This document shows positions 40,400 to 54,225 of a stretch of DNA of 64,000 nucleotides, one piece after another. The stretch lies in the NCBI GenBank assembly GCA_964016885.1, contig OZ024740.1, positions 213,032,001 through 213,096,000 on the forward strand, in the 5' to 3' direction. Source of the DNA: Eledone cirrhosa (lineage: Eukaryota). How positions within the stretch are numbered: position 1 is the first letter of the stretch; every line of letters begins with the position of its first letter. The translations under genes were made by a program, and so were the position numbers. Under the pieces are notes generated by a model that was not told the origin of the DNA, made no database searches, and saw only the letters and a program-made list of their open reading frames with translations.

Positions 40400-40577
40400 A
40401 CTCGCTACCTTCAATTCGATATTCATGCCAACCCTTGCCTATGGTCACGAATCTTGGGTAATGACCAAAAGAATACAATTGCAAATACAAGATACCAAAA
40501 TGGGATTCCTCCAAAGGGTCTTTTGAGTAATGTTACTCAATAGAGTGCGTAGCTCAGAGATCAAAGAGTCACTCCAA
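40400..40577 (+). mobile_element. RTE/Rex3-like LINE fragment
   Basis: PTLAYGHESWVMT..MGFLQRV..RVRSSEIKESL. Confidence 0.6.
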
Positions 40578-40712
40578 GAAGAAGAAGAAGAAGAAGAAGA
40601 AGAAGAAGAAGAAGAAGAAGAAGAAGAAGAAGAAGAAGAAGAAGAAGAAGAAGAAGAAGAAGAAGAAGAAGAAGAAGAAGAAGAAGAAGAAGAAGAAGAA
40701 GAAGAAGAAGAA

Positions 40713-40744
<32 letters not shown>

Positions 40745-40763
40745 AGAAGAATAAGAAGAAGAA
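40575..40763. repeat. (GAA)n microsatellite, ~60 units
   Basis: Seen directly. Confidence 0.95.
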
Positions 40764-41450
40764 ATAAAGTGAAACATTACATGAGAAAAGATAAATAAAA
40801 GAATAAATAAAGGTGAGCTAATAATATCTAGAATAATTTTCAATGAGAAGATCTCAATTGTAAAATAAAAGAGTGAGCAGCAAAAGAAAATGGTTGAACC
40901 TAAAGTAGATGTGAAAATTGTAATATAATAAAGGTAAAACATGTAATAAAACAGGTGTAGAGAATAAATAATACAAGATGAAGTGAAAGGTTATAGGCTG
41001 ATTAAGATACTCTCATGGAATGACCAAATGAGGTTTAGTTTTCAACATAGTCCATGAAAAGAAACGATGCAGTTATTAATATGAAGAGTTGTAACTAATG
41101 CATGAAAGATTTCACAGCTCTTTTTATGGTGAAACATTCTCATATTAGAGTTTGTCCAGGTATTTATAGTTTTAAAAGGTTGGTCTGTGCATTTTGATTT
41201 ATTCTTTTAATTAATATGTATTTTCCACTCCTTTCATAGACTTTATGTTTTAAACTCTAGTGGTTATCTATCCCCTATAATTGAAAACATACCTCTTTGT
41301 GTTTTCTTCTCCATATAGTGTATTATAAATAGTCCAGTATCTATTCCTTGAGTTCATTAAATTACAGGGGATTAACACGAGTTTTAACCTCTGTTTTTTT
41401 AATTTGATATATATATATAATTAGAAAGTGAACAACACAAAATATAACTA

Positions 41451-41518
41451 CTCCATTACCAAAGGTTTCTGGATCCCAGACAATAATAAAATACGTCTGG
41501 ATCGGTCGTCAGACAGAG
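41451..41518 (-). ncRNA. Type I hammerhead
   Basis: ctctgt-CTGACGA-ccgatccagac..gtctgggatcca-GAAA-cctttgGTA-atggag; stem III identical to 31324-31397. Confidence 0.7.
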
Positions 41519-41980
41519 ATGTTATAGATAAAAGATATGAAATGAGATTTAAAATCTGTTAAAAATTGTAAGTGAGGCTGGAAAAATAACGGGAAATATA
41601 CATAAGAAAAGAAGGGTAAGAAAAATAATATATAAAAATATATAGCAATATAGAAAAAAGACATGTGTACATACATATACACACATTCAGATAAAAGGAA
41701 AATATATATATGTATATATACATACATACATACATATACATATATATACAAACATACATGTACACGGACATACACATATACATACGCATATATACAGATA
41801 CACACACATATAAAAAACATATACAGACATACATACAGACATATACAAATACATATACACACTGACATATACCATATACATATATATATACATGCATATA
41901 TACATATATACATATATATGTATATATGGCACAGACACAAGTGCATAGACACACTAGTCTACAAAAACATACATACGTGA

Positions 41981-42031
<51 letters not shown>

Positions 42032-42115
42032 GGAGGTGAGTTTTATTGTAGTACAATAAAGCAATGCAGATATCGGATAAGAAGCACTCTACAGTTTGTA
42101 GGACTGGAGTATACA

Positions 42116-42429
42116 TAATATATAAGATCAAAAGATGGTTAAAAGAGTTCCATGTATTTTATTTTGCGCATTTCAAAAACAAATATCATCATGCAATGAC
42201 ATTTGTGTTTTCATCAGATAAAATAGGAAGCCATGATATGAAGGTTAAAAACATTTGTGGATAGTGCAGTTTTAAATCAACATATGTTGATCAACATATG
42301 TTGATTTAACCTTCATATCATGGCTTCCTATTTTATCTGATGAAAACACAAATGTTATTGCATGATGATATTTGTTTTTGAAATGCGCATAATAAAATAC
42401 ATGGAACTCTTTTAACCATCTTTTGATCT

Positions 42430-42439
<10 letters not shown>
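42116..42439. repeat. Fold-back palindrome with an HHR in each arm
   Basis: ~42116-42263 versus ~42288-42439; minus-strand HHR at 42155-42225 has U16.1 changed to A. Confidence 0.9.
42329..42399 (+). ncRNA. Type I hammerhead (intact core)
   Basis: tattttat-CTGATGA-aaacacaaatgttat..atgatatttgttttt-GAAA-tgcgcATA-ataaaata. Confidence 0.82.
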
Positions 42440-42464
<25 letters not shown>

Positions 42465-42756
42465 CGAAATGATACGGAGACGTCACACATAGAGTTATAC
42501 ATAAATACAATCACATACACAAAACTACATATAGATACATGCATGTATGTGTCCAGTGGAAGTATAAACAGCTTGGAGCATGCAAAAATATGAATGAACA
42601 CACGCAGATAACCACACACACAACTACATATATACATACACATGCAACCACGTGTGTTTCTTGGAGTCTATGACCTTGGTAGTATTATTAGTGGTAGTAG
42701 TGTTAATATAATATTACTACAACGTTAATAAAAGTTTATTTACTGTAGTAGTAGTA

Positions 42757-42994
<238 letters not shown>

Positions 42995-43666
42995 CTACAA
43001 GGAGGAGGCTAGCCCACTGTGCAGGATCTGTGGAGAGAGAGAGGAGACTGTGGCTCACATTGTGTCCGAGTGTAAACACCTAGCCCAGACCCACTATAAG
43101 GGCTGGAGACACGATGTGATGGGCAGGGTGATCCACTGGCACCTGTGCAAAGTAAACAATCTACCACATTCTGAGAAATGGTATGAGCATAGGCCAGAGG
43201 CGGTGATGGAGAACAATCAGGTGAAGGTGCTGTGGGATTTTAGGATACAGACGGACAAAAAACTGGAACACAATAGACCTGACCTGGTGGTTGTGGACAA
43301 AGAAAAAAGATCGTGCCTGATTGTGGATGTGGCCTGCCCGTTCGACACGAGAGTGCAAGAGAAGGAGAGGGAGAAAATTAACCGATACCAGGACCTAAAG
43401 TGGGAGGTGAAAAGGATTTGGAACTGCCATGAAGTCAAAGTGATCCCGATTGTCATAGGCGCACTGGGGACTATCTCCAAAGGTTTCCAGGGATGGTTAA
43501 AGAAAATCGGCCCCTTCACGCTTTTTGGAACGCTTCAAAAGGCATGCTTGCTTGGAACGGCAAGAACCCTCCGATACGTCCTGAATATCTGAGGCTGCAG
43601 GTAGTGGCTTGATATTCAATCCAACGGACTTTCCAGTTAACCAACATCAATGACTGAGATTCAAGG
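42995..43666 (+). mobile_element. Dong-like (R4 clade) 5'-truncated element, copy 1, in (TAA)n
   Basis: CRIC..ETVAHIVSEC, RHD, HNRPDLVVVD, DVACP, IPIVIGALG; TAA repeats on both sides. Confidence 0.9.
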
Positions 43667-43699
43667 AATAACAATAACAATAATAATAATAATAATAAT

Positions 43700-44663
43700 A
43701 TGGAGAAAAACAACCTACACAAATACGTGACTGATAGTAAGGAGCCAATGCTCAGAACTGTACTGAAGGAGGGGACAATAGGACAGGAGATGTCCAAGGA
43801 GGAAATAACATCAAGGAGAAAGAGCAGCCTTCAGGAAAAATCCCTTCATAGTACCTTCTTTGAGAAAACTAAATTTAGAGATCCACAGACATGGAACTGG
43901 TTGAAAAGAGGAGACCTTAAAAAGGCTACAGAAGGAATGTTAATGGCTGCGCAGGAGCAGGCCCTCAAAACGAAGTGGTTGAAACACCACATTTACAAGG
44001 AGGAGGCTAGCCCACTGTGCAGGATCTGTGGAGAGAGAGAGGAGACTGTGGCTCACATTGTATCCGAGTGTAAAGACCTAGCCCAGACTCACTATAAAGG
44101 CTGGAGACATGATGTGATGGGCAGGGTGATCCACTGGCACCTATGCAAAGTAAACAATTTACCACATTCTGAGAAGTGGTATGAGCATAAGCCAGAGGCG
44201 GTGATAGAAAACGATCAGGTGAAGGTGCTGTGGGATTTTAGGATACAGACGGACAAGAAACTGGAACACAATAGACCTGACCTGGTGGTTTTGGACAAAG
44301 AAAAAATTTCGTGCCTGATTGTGGATGTGGCCTGCCCATTCGACACGGGAGTGCAAGAGAAGGAGAGGGAGAAAATTAACCGATACCAGGACTTAAAGTG
44401 GGAGGTAAAAAGGATTTGGAACTGCCATGAAGTCAGGGTGATCCCGATTGTCATAGGCGCACTAGGGACTATCTCAAAAAGTTTCCAGGGATGGTTAAAG
44501 AAAATTGGCCCCTTCACGCTTTTTGGAACGCTCCAAAAGGCATGCTTGCTGGGAACAGCAAGAACCCTCCGATACGTCCTGAATATCTGAGGCTGCAGGT
44601 AGTGGCTTGATATTCATTTCAACAAACTTTCCAGTTAACTAACATCAATGACTGAAACTCAAA
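43700..44663 (+). mobile_element. Dong-like 5'-truncated element, copy 2 (tandem)
   Basis: ORF 43700..44590 has the same RLE motifs plus TEGMLMAAQEQAL; highly similar to copy 1. Confidence 0.9.
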
Positions 44664-44789
44664 AATAATAATAATAATAATAATAACAGCAACAATAATA
44701 AAAAAGAACAGAAAGGGGAGGGGATGGCAAGAGCTCTGGTGTCGCAGAAGAGAGGGGAGGAATGTAGGGGGAGGGTGGTTGGGCTTGCG

Positions 44790-44992
44790 CCTAGGGCAAG
44801 GGGACAGACCACAAAAGCATTCCCGCGATCGATGGCCAGCATCACCTGCAGCAACAGCCACCCAGCCTCGCGTGGCTCCTTGTTCGGATGGGCTACCGAA
44901 GTTCCGATCTCGCGAAGGTGCTCGGCTGTACAGCGTCCAAGTATGCCTAAGGTCTTGACGGTGACCAACGCGAAGTGGAAGGCACCGGACCT
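44790..44992 (-). mobile_element. CRE-like RLE fragment
   Basis: FALVTVKTLGILG..LREIG..LAIDRGNAF. Confidence 0.6.
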
Positions 44993-45609
44993 GGTTAGAA
45001 AAGAATGTATTAAGCTTATAGGGTTTGGAATGTTAGTGAAAATTGCAAAGTTATATGGTACCATTTGAAGAATAGAAATAACATGTGTATGCTTATCAAT
45101 ATTAAGAGTCATGATAATGAGAGAACGGAAAGTGTTCAAATTATAATTCATATTGCAAGTCATCATGTACTCTTAAAATGAGTGGTAATAACATCTGCAT
45201 ACTAATCTATATTAAGAATGGCAGTTGTAATTTACTTATCACAGTTTGTATTGACGTTTATGAGTGAAGGGAGTTAGGTTGGAGATAGTTGGTCCTTAAG
45301 AAAACCAGGAACATATTATATCACATGTGTAAAATAGATGGTGCAGAGGTAGAAACCCAGAGAGCAAAATGTGTAGATACCCAAGATTGGACTCTGCCAA
45401 TGAAGATCTCACTAAATAGATAGTAGTTCAGAGACGTAGAGTAGAATTAAGGAAGTGAGAAAAAGGGCAAATCCTAGGCAAAGGAAGGCATGGGCCCAAC
45501 CAATATGTTAATGTGGCTACAGGATATGTTTAGATGTTAGTAGAGACATGAAGAGATAGGAGCAGTGAGTGGAGGTGGTGTATCTGGGACTCGGTGTGGT
45601 AGGGTTGCT

Positions 45610-48090
45610 ATCCATATAACTTGAAAAAGTTCCCATCCTTAGGTGTTGACATACACCAAAGAAATCTGCTCTACGATTGATTATTTTAATTCCACCCCTA
45701 AGTATTTTGAGGGTCTCACTCAGACAGTGGCTGCAAATGCCAGACCTGCCTCTGTCTGGGAGTACCTCCCTAACCTTGGATCAGACCAAAGAGTACGGGG
45801 TCTTGTCCAGCTTGAGCTTCTGGATCAGTTAGAAAACGGGCGTACTTTTTCGTTTATCGACCCCATTAAAGGAGTGGCAGTGATTATACCACCTGTCCTT
45901 GAAGCTCTGTGACGTTGCTCCTATGTATATATGTGTGGAGTTGATGGTAGTAACCCTGCATTGGTAAACTAAGTTTTTCACCAGGCATTTATTGCTAAGG
46001 GTGCACGAGGCAGGGTTTCTGCAGTTACATGATGTGGTCAACACCTGTGTATTTACTGCAGGGAGCCCTGTGGGTAGGTTGGAGTGGTCTGCTCCTGTGA
46101 CTTGCACAAGGTCCCTGGGTAGATTAGTGTTACTCGGGTCAGTCCCGTGCCTAATGTTTTCCCTGTCCAGACTCTGCTGGGTGTTTAGAGAATCAGCTGG
46201 TGCCTGTCTAAAGGTCCCGAGTTTATTCCTATTGATGCTAGCTATGGGCTGGGATATGCTGCGTGGGGGATTGTGAGATATTGTATGGCTGTAAAAATGT
46301 TTATGGTGCTTGAGTGTCCTTGAGAAGCATTTATCTAACGCCCTAAAGAACAAACGAGCCAGGCTGGTTTGCAGACCCACAGAGTATGGTGGGTTATACC
46401 AGTTTATTTTTCTATGTCTAGTTCTATGTGTATGGGCTGGGTAAGCATCAGGCCATTAGGGAGCTAGTGGGGCCCTATGGCTTCTATCACTGCTGCTGCC
46501 TCATTTCCTGGTACGGTTCCTGCTTGCTCTTCAGTCCCCATTCATGGGGTAATGCTGGCCCTTACTGGGGTTTCCATGCTAGAGTATTCCACCGTCCATC
46601 CCAGTCGGTGTCTTTTGGTTGGGGACGCAGGAGCTGGGGTGGTTTGTATCAGCATTAGTCACTTCCAAGGTATCGTGTTTATTCTCACGCCAGGGTGTAT
46701 GTGCCTTTCCCACAGGCATGGTGGTGCTAGGTCCTGGGAGTTTGGTGCAGTAGCCTCAACTCTCCCTGTATTTAGTCGGTTTCTCCCCTTCCAGAGACTA
46801 GTTGCCGAATTTACTTGGAAGGAATCTCTATCATGACCCCAGGGTTTTAACTAATATTTTGACCAAAGCTATATTCAGCATTATTATTGAAAATCTCCTG
46901 GCTGGCAGATAAATTGGAGATTCTATCCGAGACACTCTTGAGAGAATTAATTTATCTAGGGTGGTTGGGCATATACTAACTTTTCATTCGATTTGTCGTA
47001 GGGGTAGTATAGTTTAGTATTGAGGTATAGGGTGATGTCTAAAAAGTTAACCATTTTCCTACGAGGGTCTATTTTTATTCTAAGTCCTAATTTTTTAAAG
47101 AAGTGTCTAATTCTCCTCTTCATTCTCCCTACCATAGTAGTGCTGCAGTTGGAGGCAGTGAAGAGGGCATCATCACGGTATAAACCGTCACTGAGGTTGA
47201 GGATTACCCCCTTAATTTGTTTAAGTATGAAAAGCCCAACCAGGTTCGTTATCTACGCAGAGTCGCTGGAGCCCAAAGTGATATCAAAGACGTTAGATTT
47301 ATCACTCCTGGCCCAGAGTTCTTCACCGAAGTGGATCAAAGTCTTTCTCGTGACATGGATAATTCCTATTTCTTCACATGTTAGGTCAGTGTTACTCATT
47401 GTAAACATAAGGGCCTTGTTTATAACTATGGGTGAGATTGAAGATAGTGGCTAGCAATATCCAGTTGGATAAATCTAGACCTCTTCTCTGGTAATAGTGT
47501 AAACCACTCTATGACTTCACTAGTACAGGACTATAGTTGTAACAGTTTTTTTCTTAATTGTTGGCAGAATCCTATCAAATATGTTTTTGCTGATTACTCC
47601 AATATCAAACTTTGAATGAGCTCTTAGTCTAGCCGGGAGTTCAGATTCAAAATTCAGCTTATGGTCTTTAATGATAATCCCTGGCTCCCAAGTCTGGTAC
47701 AGTGCCATCCTATCATTGATTCTGAGTCTGGATACTATGTCATTTGTCTTGGCATTGATGTCCTCTGGGGCTACTCCAGAAGTTTTCTTGTAACTCTTCC
47801 TCAGTTCCCTGAGAATTAGGTTGCTGTATAGGTCCATGCTGTAGAGGTTGTTGGTTTTGTCAGGATGGATAAATATTCCAGCCAACTCTCTTAGTTTGGT
47901 GATCCTGTTTTCTAGGCTCTTCAGGTACTCACAACCCCAGTATGGGCAACCAGAGAATATAATGAGATGATGCAAATCATCTCATTTTCAAACTCCTTCA
48001 GTAGCCTATTAGGGCAAGGATTTCTCCTTGATTTAAACAAGTACTCCAATTTACGTGGGTTGGTAACAATGGGCGTCTTCCTATGAGTGA
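45610..48090 (-). mobile_element. Decayed Penelope-like retroelement
   Basis: HPDKTNNLY, LGSSDSA, GLYRDDAL, NFLDITL, WYNPPYS, LVYQC..YIGATSQSFKDRWYNH. Confidence 0.88.
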
Positions 48091-48514
48091 ATCAGTTTTT
48101 TTCAATGAGAATCCTGGTATACTCCGGTTTGCCTGGTAAAGGGATATCCTTCAGTGATGCTAGTGTGGCAAGTTTATCCATTGTGACTTTAGTCTGCTGC
48201 TGTATGAAGCGTTCAACAAGGTATTGAGCAAAATATTAATGAGTGTGTGTTAGTTAATCACGTGAATGCAGAGTAGAGCATTCATGTGATTAAAGGTTGG
48301 TCTATGCATTTTGATTTATTCTTTTAATTAATATGTATTTTCCACTCCTTTCGTAGACTTTATGTTTTTCACTCTAGTTGTTATCTATCCCCTATAATTG
48401 AAAACACACCTCTTTGTGTTTTCTTCTCTATATACTGTATTATAAACAGTCCAGTATCTATTCCTTGAGTTCATTAAATTACAGGGGATTAACGCGAGTT
48501 TTTACCTCCGTTTT

Positions 48515-48547
<33 letters not shown>

Positions 48548-50233
48548 ACTTTGATAGGTTTTGGCCAGTATAAACCCAGGCTATGTCTAACTTAATAGTA
48601 TATATACTTTCAGGTCTTGAATAACCCCCCACTTATTCCAACTCCATGTATTATCTGGGACCTGAGAGTATATATATATATAGTGTAAGTCAACAGGTTT
48701 ACATAATATATTCCATAAATAAAATATACTTGTTATTGTGGCCTAGATAGTTGTAGTATTTGTAATAGTGTTAATATAATACTACTACTGGTAATAAAAG
48801 AATGTGTTAAGCTTATAGGGTATTGGAATGTTAGTGAAAATTACATACTGAAGTGTAGGTGATTATCGGACCAACCAACCAACCGGAAATTTATAATAAA
48901 TTGAAGTGAAAACCAACAGGTGCATGTGTTTTTATTGGCAGCATGACCCTCCCAAAGTATAACAATATCTGTTTTCAACACACGTTTTCAGATAACAAAT
49001 CTTGCAAAACAAATTAAAAAATGAAGTATATATATATATACTCTCATATATATACATATACCATATGGCCAATACTAGCCAAAGCCTATCAAAGTTAACA
49101 AAGTTAAATATATATATATATAGCTGTAGAAACCAAGCCAAAATCTGCCCCAGGTGAGCTAAACATGATGCTCTAACCTGTTTTTTCCCTAAGAATCAAT
49201 CCGTCCAACCCATGAATGATGGACGCTAATCGACAATGTTAATGATATATTTATGTGTGTATATATATGAAGTGTGTATGTATATGTTTGATGTGTGTAT
49301 ATATATATTACATATATATGGTATATGTATATGCATGCAAATATAAATATACGTGTATATCATTATCATGATAGGTGCATGTATATATATGTATTTAAAC
49401 AAGTTGATTTAAACAAGTGCTCCAAATTGTGCGGGTTGGTAACAATGGACATTCTCCAGAGAAAGTGGAATAACCTCCACCACATCCTTCTATGAGTGAA
49501 TCAGTTTTTTCAATGAGAATCCTGGTGTTTTTCAATGAGAATCCTGTTTGCCTGGTAAAGGGATATCCTTCAGTGATGCTAGTGTGGCAAGTTTATCCAT
49601 TGTGACTTTAGTCTGCTGTATGAAGCATTCATCAAGGTATTGAGCAAATATATATATACGTGTATATCATTATCATATGTGCATGTATATATATATGTAT
49701 ATATATATATATATATATATGTATTATGCTGGTACCAGAAACATGCAGCCCACACTGAAAAATGATCGTGTAGGTGTCATGATACAAAGCACCCAGCACA
49801 CACTGTCATTGTGGTTAGCGTTAGGAAGGGCATCCTGCCTCGAAATGGGACAAACTTGTCTAACCCATTGCTAGCGTGGAAGATAGAAGTTACTCAATGA
49901 TGATGAGGAATTAAAATCGAGTACGTGTTGATTAATCACCTACACTTCAGTATGTAATTTTCACTAACATTCCAATACCCTATAAGCTTAACACATTCTT
50001 TTATTACCAGTAGTAGTATTATATTAACACTACTACAAATACTACAACTACCTAGGCCACAGAGGCCAACAAACTCTAATAACAAGTATATTTTATTTAT
50101 GGAATAGATTATGTAAATACAGTTTAATAGAAAAAGAAGGAAAAACCAGAAAAGGAAAAACCAAAAATATAAAGAAAAAGGTTATTATTGGCTGCTAAAA
50201 ACAACCTCAACCAGTTGAGCTGATTCCAGGACA

Positions 50234-50480
50234 ATGAAGTCACTAAGAAATTTAATAGACTCCAAGTACAAGTCACTCTCCGACAGGTTTGCGGTCATGC
50301 CCTTGGCAGTGGAGACTTCTGGTGTCCTTGGCCCTAGGGATAACTCCCTACTCACCACCATAGGCGTTGAGCTGGCTAGCTGTAGGTGTGAGCCTCGCAA
50401 GATGGAATGGCTCTTCCAGCGCATCTCCGTTTCCATCCTCTGGGGAAATACCTTCTCCATTCTGTCCGCCGGGGCTGTGG
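50234..50480 (+). mobile_element. CRE-like RLE C-terminal fragment
   Basis: KYKSL..MPLAVETSGVLGP..WLFQRISVSILWGN. Confidence 0.65.
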
Positions 50481-51231
50481 GACGGCCAGCACGTAGGACC
50501 CCATTTGCTCACTATACAGAGAGATGGGGAGGTGAGAGAGATGGAGGCGATGACAGTGGGAGTTCGGCTCTTCAGTGTTCAGACACATTGCACCTATCAT
50601 ATTTAATAGACTTGTTATTGAAATAGTGAAGCTAAATCTAACCAATGAGAAAGGGGTTAATTCTTTTCTTATAGCTTAACAGTTTATTCAGCTATAAGAA
50701 AAGAATGTGAAAAGCATCTGGTCATTATATTTCACTAGTATTTTATTCACCAAAAGTGTTCTTTTGAAATGGAATCAGCAGGAGGGCACTTTCACAAGCC
50801 CCTTCTAAAACACTCCTTACACACCCATCAGTATTACCTCTAGGGAACAAATCTGACCATCACAACCACCTCCCTCACTCCCAACACCACTCTCAATGAA
50901 TTATGTTATTTTTACCATTGACTATTTTCTTTCACCTTTTCTGTATATATATATGCTTTAATTCTTTTAAATCTTCATCAAAACTCCTTCACTCCCACCC
51001 TCATTAACCCTCCCACCCCCACCCCCCAGGAAAGTTAACAACAAATCTTTAAAAAAAACTCCCCACCGAAGTTAACAAAGATCTTACTAGATCTACAAAC
51101 AAAATTGTAAAATTATAATATTATAAAATTAAATTGTTTAGAACTACAAATGAAGTCATTCTTTTTCTTTTTTCAAATATACCTAAATGTACCAAGGATT
51201 TCACACAATTTCAATATATATGTATATATAT

Positions 51232-51622
51232 GGAGGCACATGGCCTAGTGGTTAGAGCATTGGCCTTGCAATCAAATGGTTGTGAGTTCAATTCTCAGAC
51301 CGGGTGATGTGTTGTTTCCTTGAGCAAGACACTTTATTTCACATTGCTCCAGTTTACTCAGCTGTAGAAATGAGATGATAGGGATTAGGGTCCCTATCAT
51401 TCCACTGTAAAGTGGACGTGTAGGCGCCACAGCAAAAAAGCACCTAGCACTTACTGTAAAGTGGTCGTGGAGGTGCCACGGCAAAAAAACACCCAGCACT
51501 CACTGTAAATGAGGTTGGTGTTAGGAAGGGCATCCAGCTGTAGAAATCAAGCCAGAATCAGTTCCCGTCCCACCCTTGCAAGCAGGGAAAAGTGGACGTA
51601 AAATGATGATGATGATGATGAT
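51232..51622 (+). mobile_element. tRNA-derived SINE with (ATG)n tail
   Basis: A box tggcctagtgg, B box gagttcaattc, ccttgagcaagacactt core, aggaagggcatccagc tail. Confidence 0.8.
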
Positions 51623-51675
51623 ATATATATATACAATACATTAATAAATGGAAACTATATTTATAAAACCATATT

Positions 51676-51741
51676 TATTTTATTATACACATTTCAAGGG
51701 CAACCAAGGCAAATTATGATGCACTTTCATCAGATAAAATA
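51676..51741 (-). ncRNA. Type I hammerhead, same family as 5128-5193
   Basis: tattttat-CTGATGA-aagtgcatc..ggttgccctt-GAAA-tgtgtATA-ataaaata, within element 51632-51884 between TA tracts. Confidence 0.75.
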
Positions 51742-52239
51742 CAGAATTTTTTTATAAATAAATATTGACATACCCGGAAAAAAGAAAACCTTAACGATTG
51801 GAGCTTCTTAATATGTTGAGTGCTTTATATCAGTTATAAAAATGTTTAAGCTTGTTGAATCCCAACAAATTAAATATAACCTCTATATATATATATATAT
51901 ATACCTCTCCAAGTCAATGTCACTGGACCGAGATCTTTGGCGCTACACAGTAATACAGAAGACCCGCCTTACCTAAGTACAAAGTGAAACCTGCTACAGT
52001 CAGTAGGCACCTCTAACAAAATACACCCCTGTCCCACTACCCCCACCCCATCCACACCACCCCTTTCAATGTAAAGTTATGTTAGTACCACAACATCCAG
52101 TCCGAAACAAATGAGGTTGTGTAGGTGTCATGACAAAAAAACACAGTCCATGCTGTAATGTGGCCGTGTGGGTAACACGGTAAAAACCTCCCAGTCCACT
52201 TCAACATTTACATTACTCTCTATGTATACTATTATATTT

Positions 52240-52403
52240 TTATAGCAAAGGTTTTACTTCACATAATTATCTCACATAATATCGAATCTACGAGATTTTG
52301 ATATTATTTATTTTGAGAACAATACCTTAACACCCGTATGAGGGGCCGGTTACAGTTGATTTCAACTGAAAAGGGAGAGAGAATTCTGGCCGGATATGGC
52401 CGA
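52240..52403. mobile_element. piggyBac-type MITE end
   Basis: Ends aaaggg|TTAA; reverse-complement relative at 63001-63165. Confidence 0.6.
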
Positions 52404-52543
52404 TTTAAATGCTAAAGGGTTAAACAGAGGGAAAATCTAAAACAAGAAAAGAAAACTGAACAAAGATAATTTATGTTACCATGGAAAGTTGTTGTGGGTT
52501 AATAGGATGATGAAATCTTTTTCTAAACATATATACATATCAA

Positions 52544-53479
52544 TTATGTTGGTTTCTTCCCAGTTTCATAACATACATAACCTAATTTAAACCAACCTGA
52601 TTTATAAAGTTGAAGCTGTGTTTTGGGTTTTTCTTTGTCAACATACATTCCATATATGATTTGCTGATCTGTACTTATAACTTTCAGGGACAAAGCTTTC
52701 TTAACAAAGTTCAAATACTCTTGTGTAAATTTGTACAAAACATCATATTTGCCAAGGTTAGAAGCACCACCCACCCATACCATATTGTGATAAACAATGT
52801 ATTTATGGGTTACATCCTTCTTAAAGTTATATACATAGCTATAGGCAACCTTGTTATCATCAAAATCTTTAGGAACTGACAATTTAAACCTAGAATTATC
52901 ATGGAGTGATCTGAAAAGTCCAATATCTAACCACATAAAGTATTTAGTGTGAAAATAGTTCTTTCTTATAATTTGGTTAAGTAACTCAAATTTTGCATGC
53001 ATGGCACAAGAGTAATCTGGCAGAATTGTATTGGGAAGATGTTTTGGGTAACCAGGCTGACTAAATATATCAGAAATATTTTTTTTTATCTGAAATGACC
53101 ACAATTCTTTCTTATCTATCAGAAATAACTTGGTTTGTTCTTTGGAAAATCTGCTCCTCATCTTTTGAAATGATTTATATGTAGTTTCATCATCAGTATA
53201 AACAATTAAATTATTAGTGATGTTAGCAAATACAGACATCCATTTGTAATATGTGCTGGGTTTACGTGAATTTCCAGGACTTCCTTTTGAGAAGTGTCCT
53301 ATATTGAAATATGCAGTCAATATTGTGATTTCATTGGAAAGGTTCATGGTATTTATTGGAAGATCTTTTTCAAAAGGGAGAATGTTTTCTTTGATTGAAG
53401 ATATTTCTAAAGATATTTTCGTAACATTTGGTGTTATGATTGCTATATTCAAGTTATCTACTACTTTCGTCTGATGATC
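52544..53479 (-). CDS. HtrL/YibB-like protein (putative glycosyltransferase-like), last coding exon
   Basis: Acceptor ttttacag at 53480, phase 0; ILTAYFNIG, LIVYTD, AKFELL..YFHTKYFMWLDIG, WVGG, TDQQ motifs. Confidence 0.85.
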   Translation of the reverse strand, partial: DHQTKVVDNLNIAIITPNVTKISLEISSIKENILPFEKDLPINTMNLSNEITILTAYFNIGHFSKGSPGNSRKPSTYYKWMSVFANITNNLIVYTDDETTYKSFQKMRSRFSKEQTKLFLIDKKELWSFQIKKNISDIFSQPGYPKHLPNTILPDYSCAMHAKFELLNQIIRKNYFHTKYFMWLDIGLFRSLHDNSRFKLSVPKDFDDNKVAYSYVYNFKKDVTHKYIVYHNMVWVGGASNLGKYDVLYKFTQEYLNFVKKALSLKVISTDQQIIYGMYVDKEKPKTQLQLYKSGWFKLGYVCYETGKKPT

Positions 53480-54225
53480 CTGTAAAATACATTATATAGC
53501 AAATTACATTAAGAGATGGTATTATAGAAAAATAATACAAAATAGATTATATTTTATATGTTGTATTCCTTACTATAGGAATAACAAAATATATTTATAA
53601 AACAAAGAAATGACTAGTGAAAAAATCATGGCCAAAATTATTTATAAACCAAAGAAATGTTTACAAAAAATTATGAAAAAGTGTGAATTATTGGAGCTAA
53701 ATGTAACCAAGAAATCTATGTAACAAATATATCTGGCCTTTATCAAAATCTGTTACATGATGAAATAGAGAAAACTAAATTTTTTAAATAATTACACTGA
53801 AATTAAAGAAATCTTTCAATAAGCACGAAACATTATCATCTCTGTGTAATGACAATATCAAAAATAATCAAGTGACTTTCTCATGATTTGGATCAAGGTA
53901 TGAGGTGGGCTGAAAAGTTCATAGGCTGACTATGAAGAAGTAATGCTTCTTCAATTGCATTACTTGAAGGTCATGACACAGGATCTAGATCTCTGGTGTT
54001 ATGCAGTAATACAGAAACCCAACTTTACACGACTTGAAGCATGCATCCTGTACACACTACCTTCACCCTACCCCCTCCTCTTACATTCACCGCCATGTCC
54101 TAACATGCCTCTCTCCATCAAAGTTCCTCCCATCTCCTAACACCCTGTCTATGCCAGTACACTCTTCCCCCTCACACATGCCCCTATATCTACCTCTCCA
54201 ATCACCATTCCTCCCACCCAAGTCC

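Noticed and set aside
53471-53500. CTGATGA at 53471
   Set aside because: Antisense of coding exon sequence, with no ribozyme fold.
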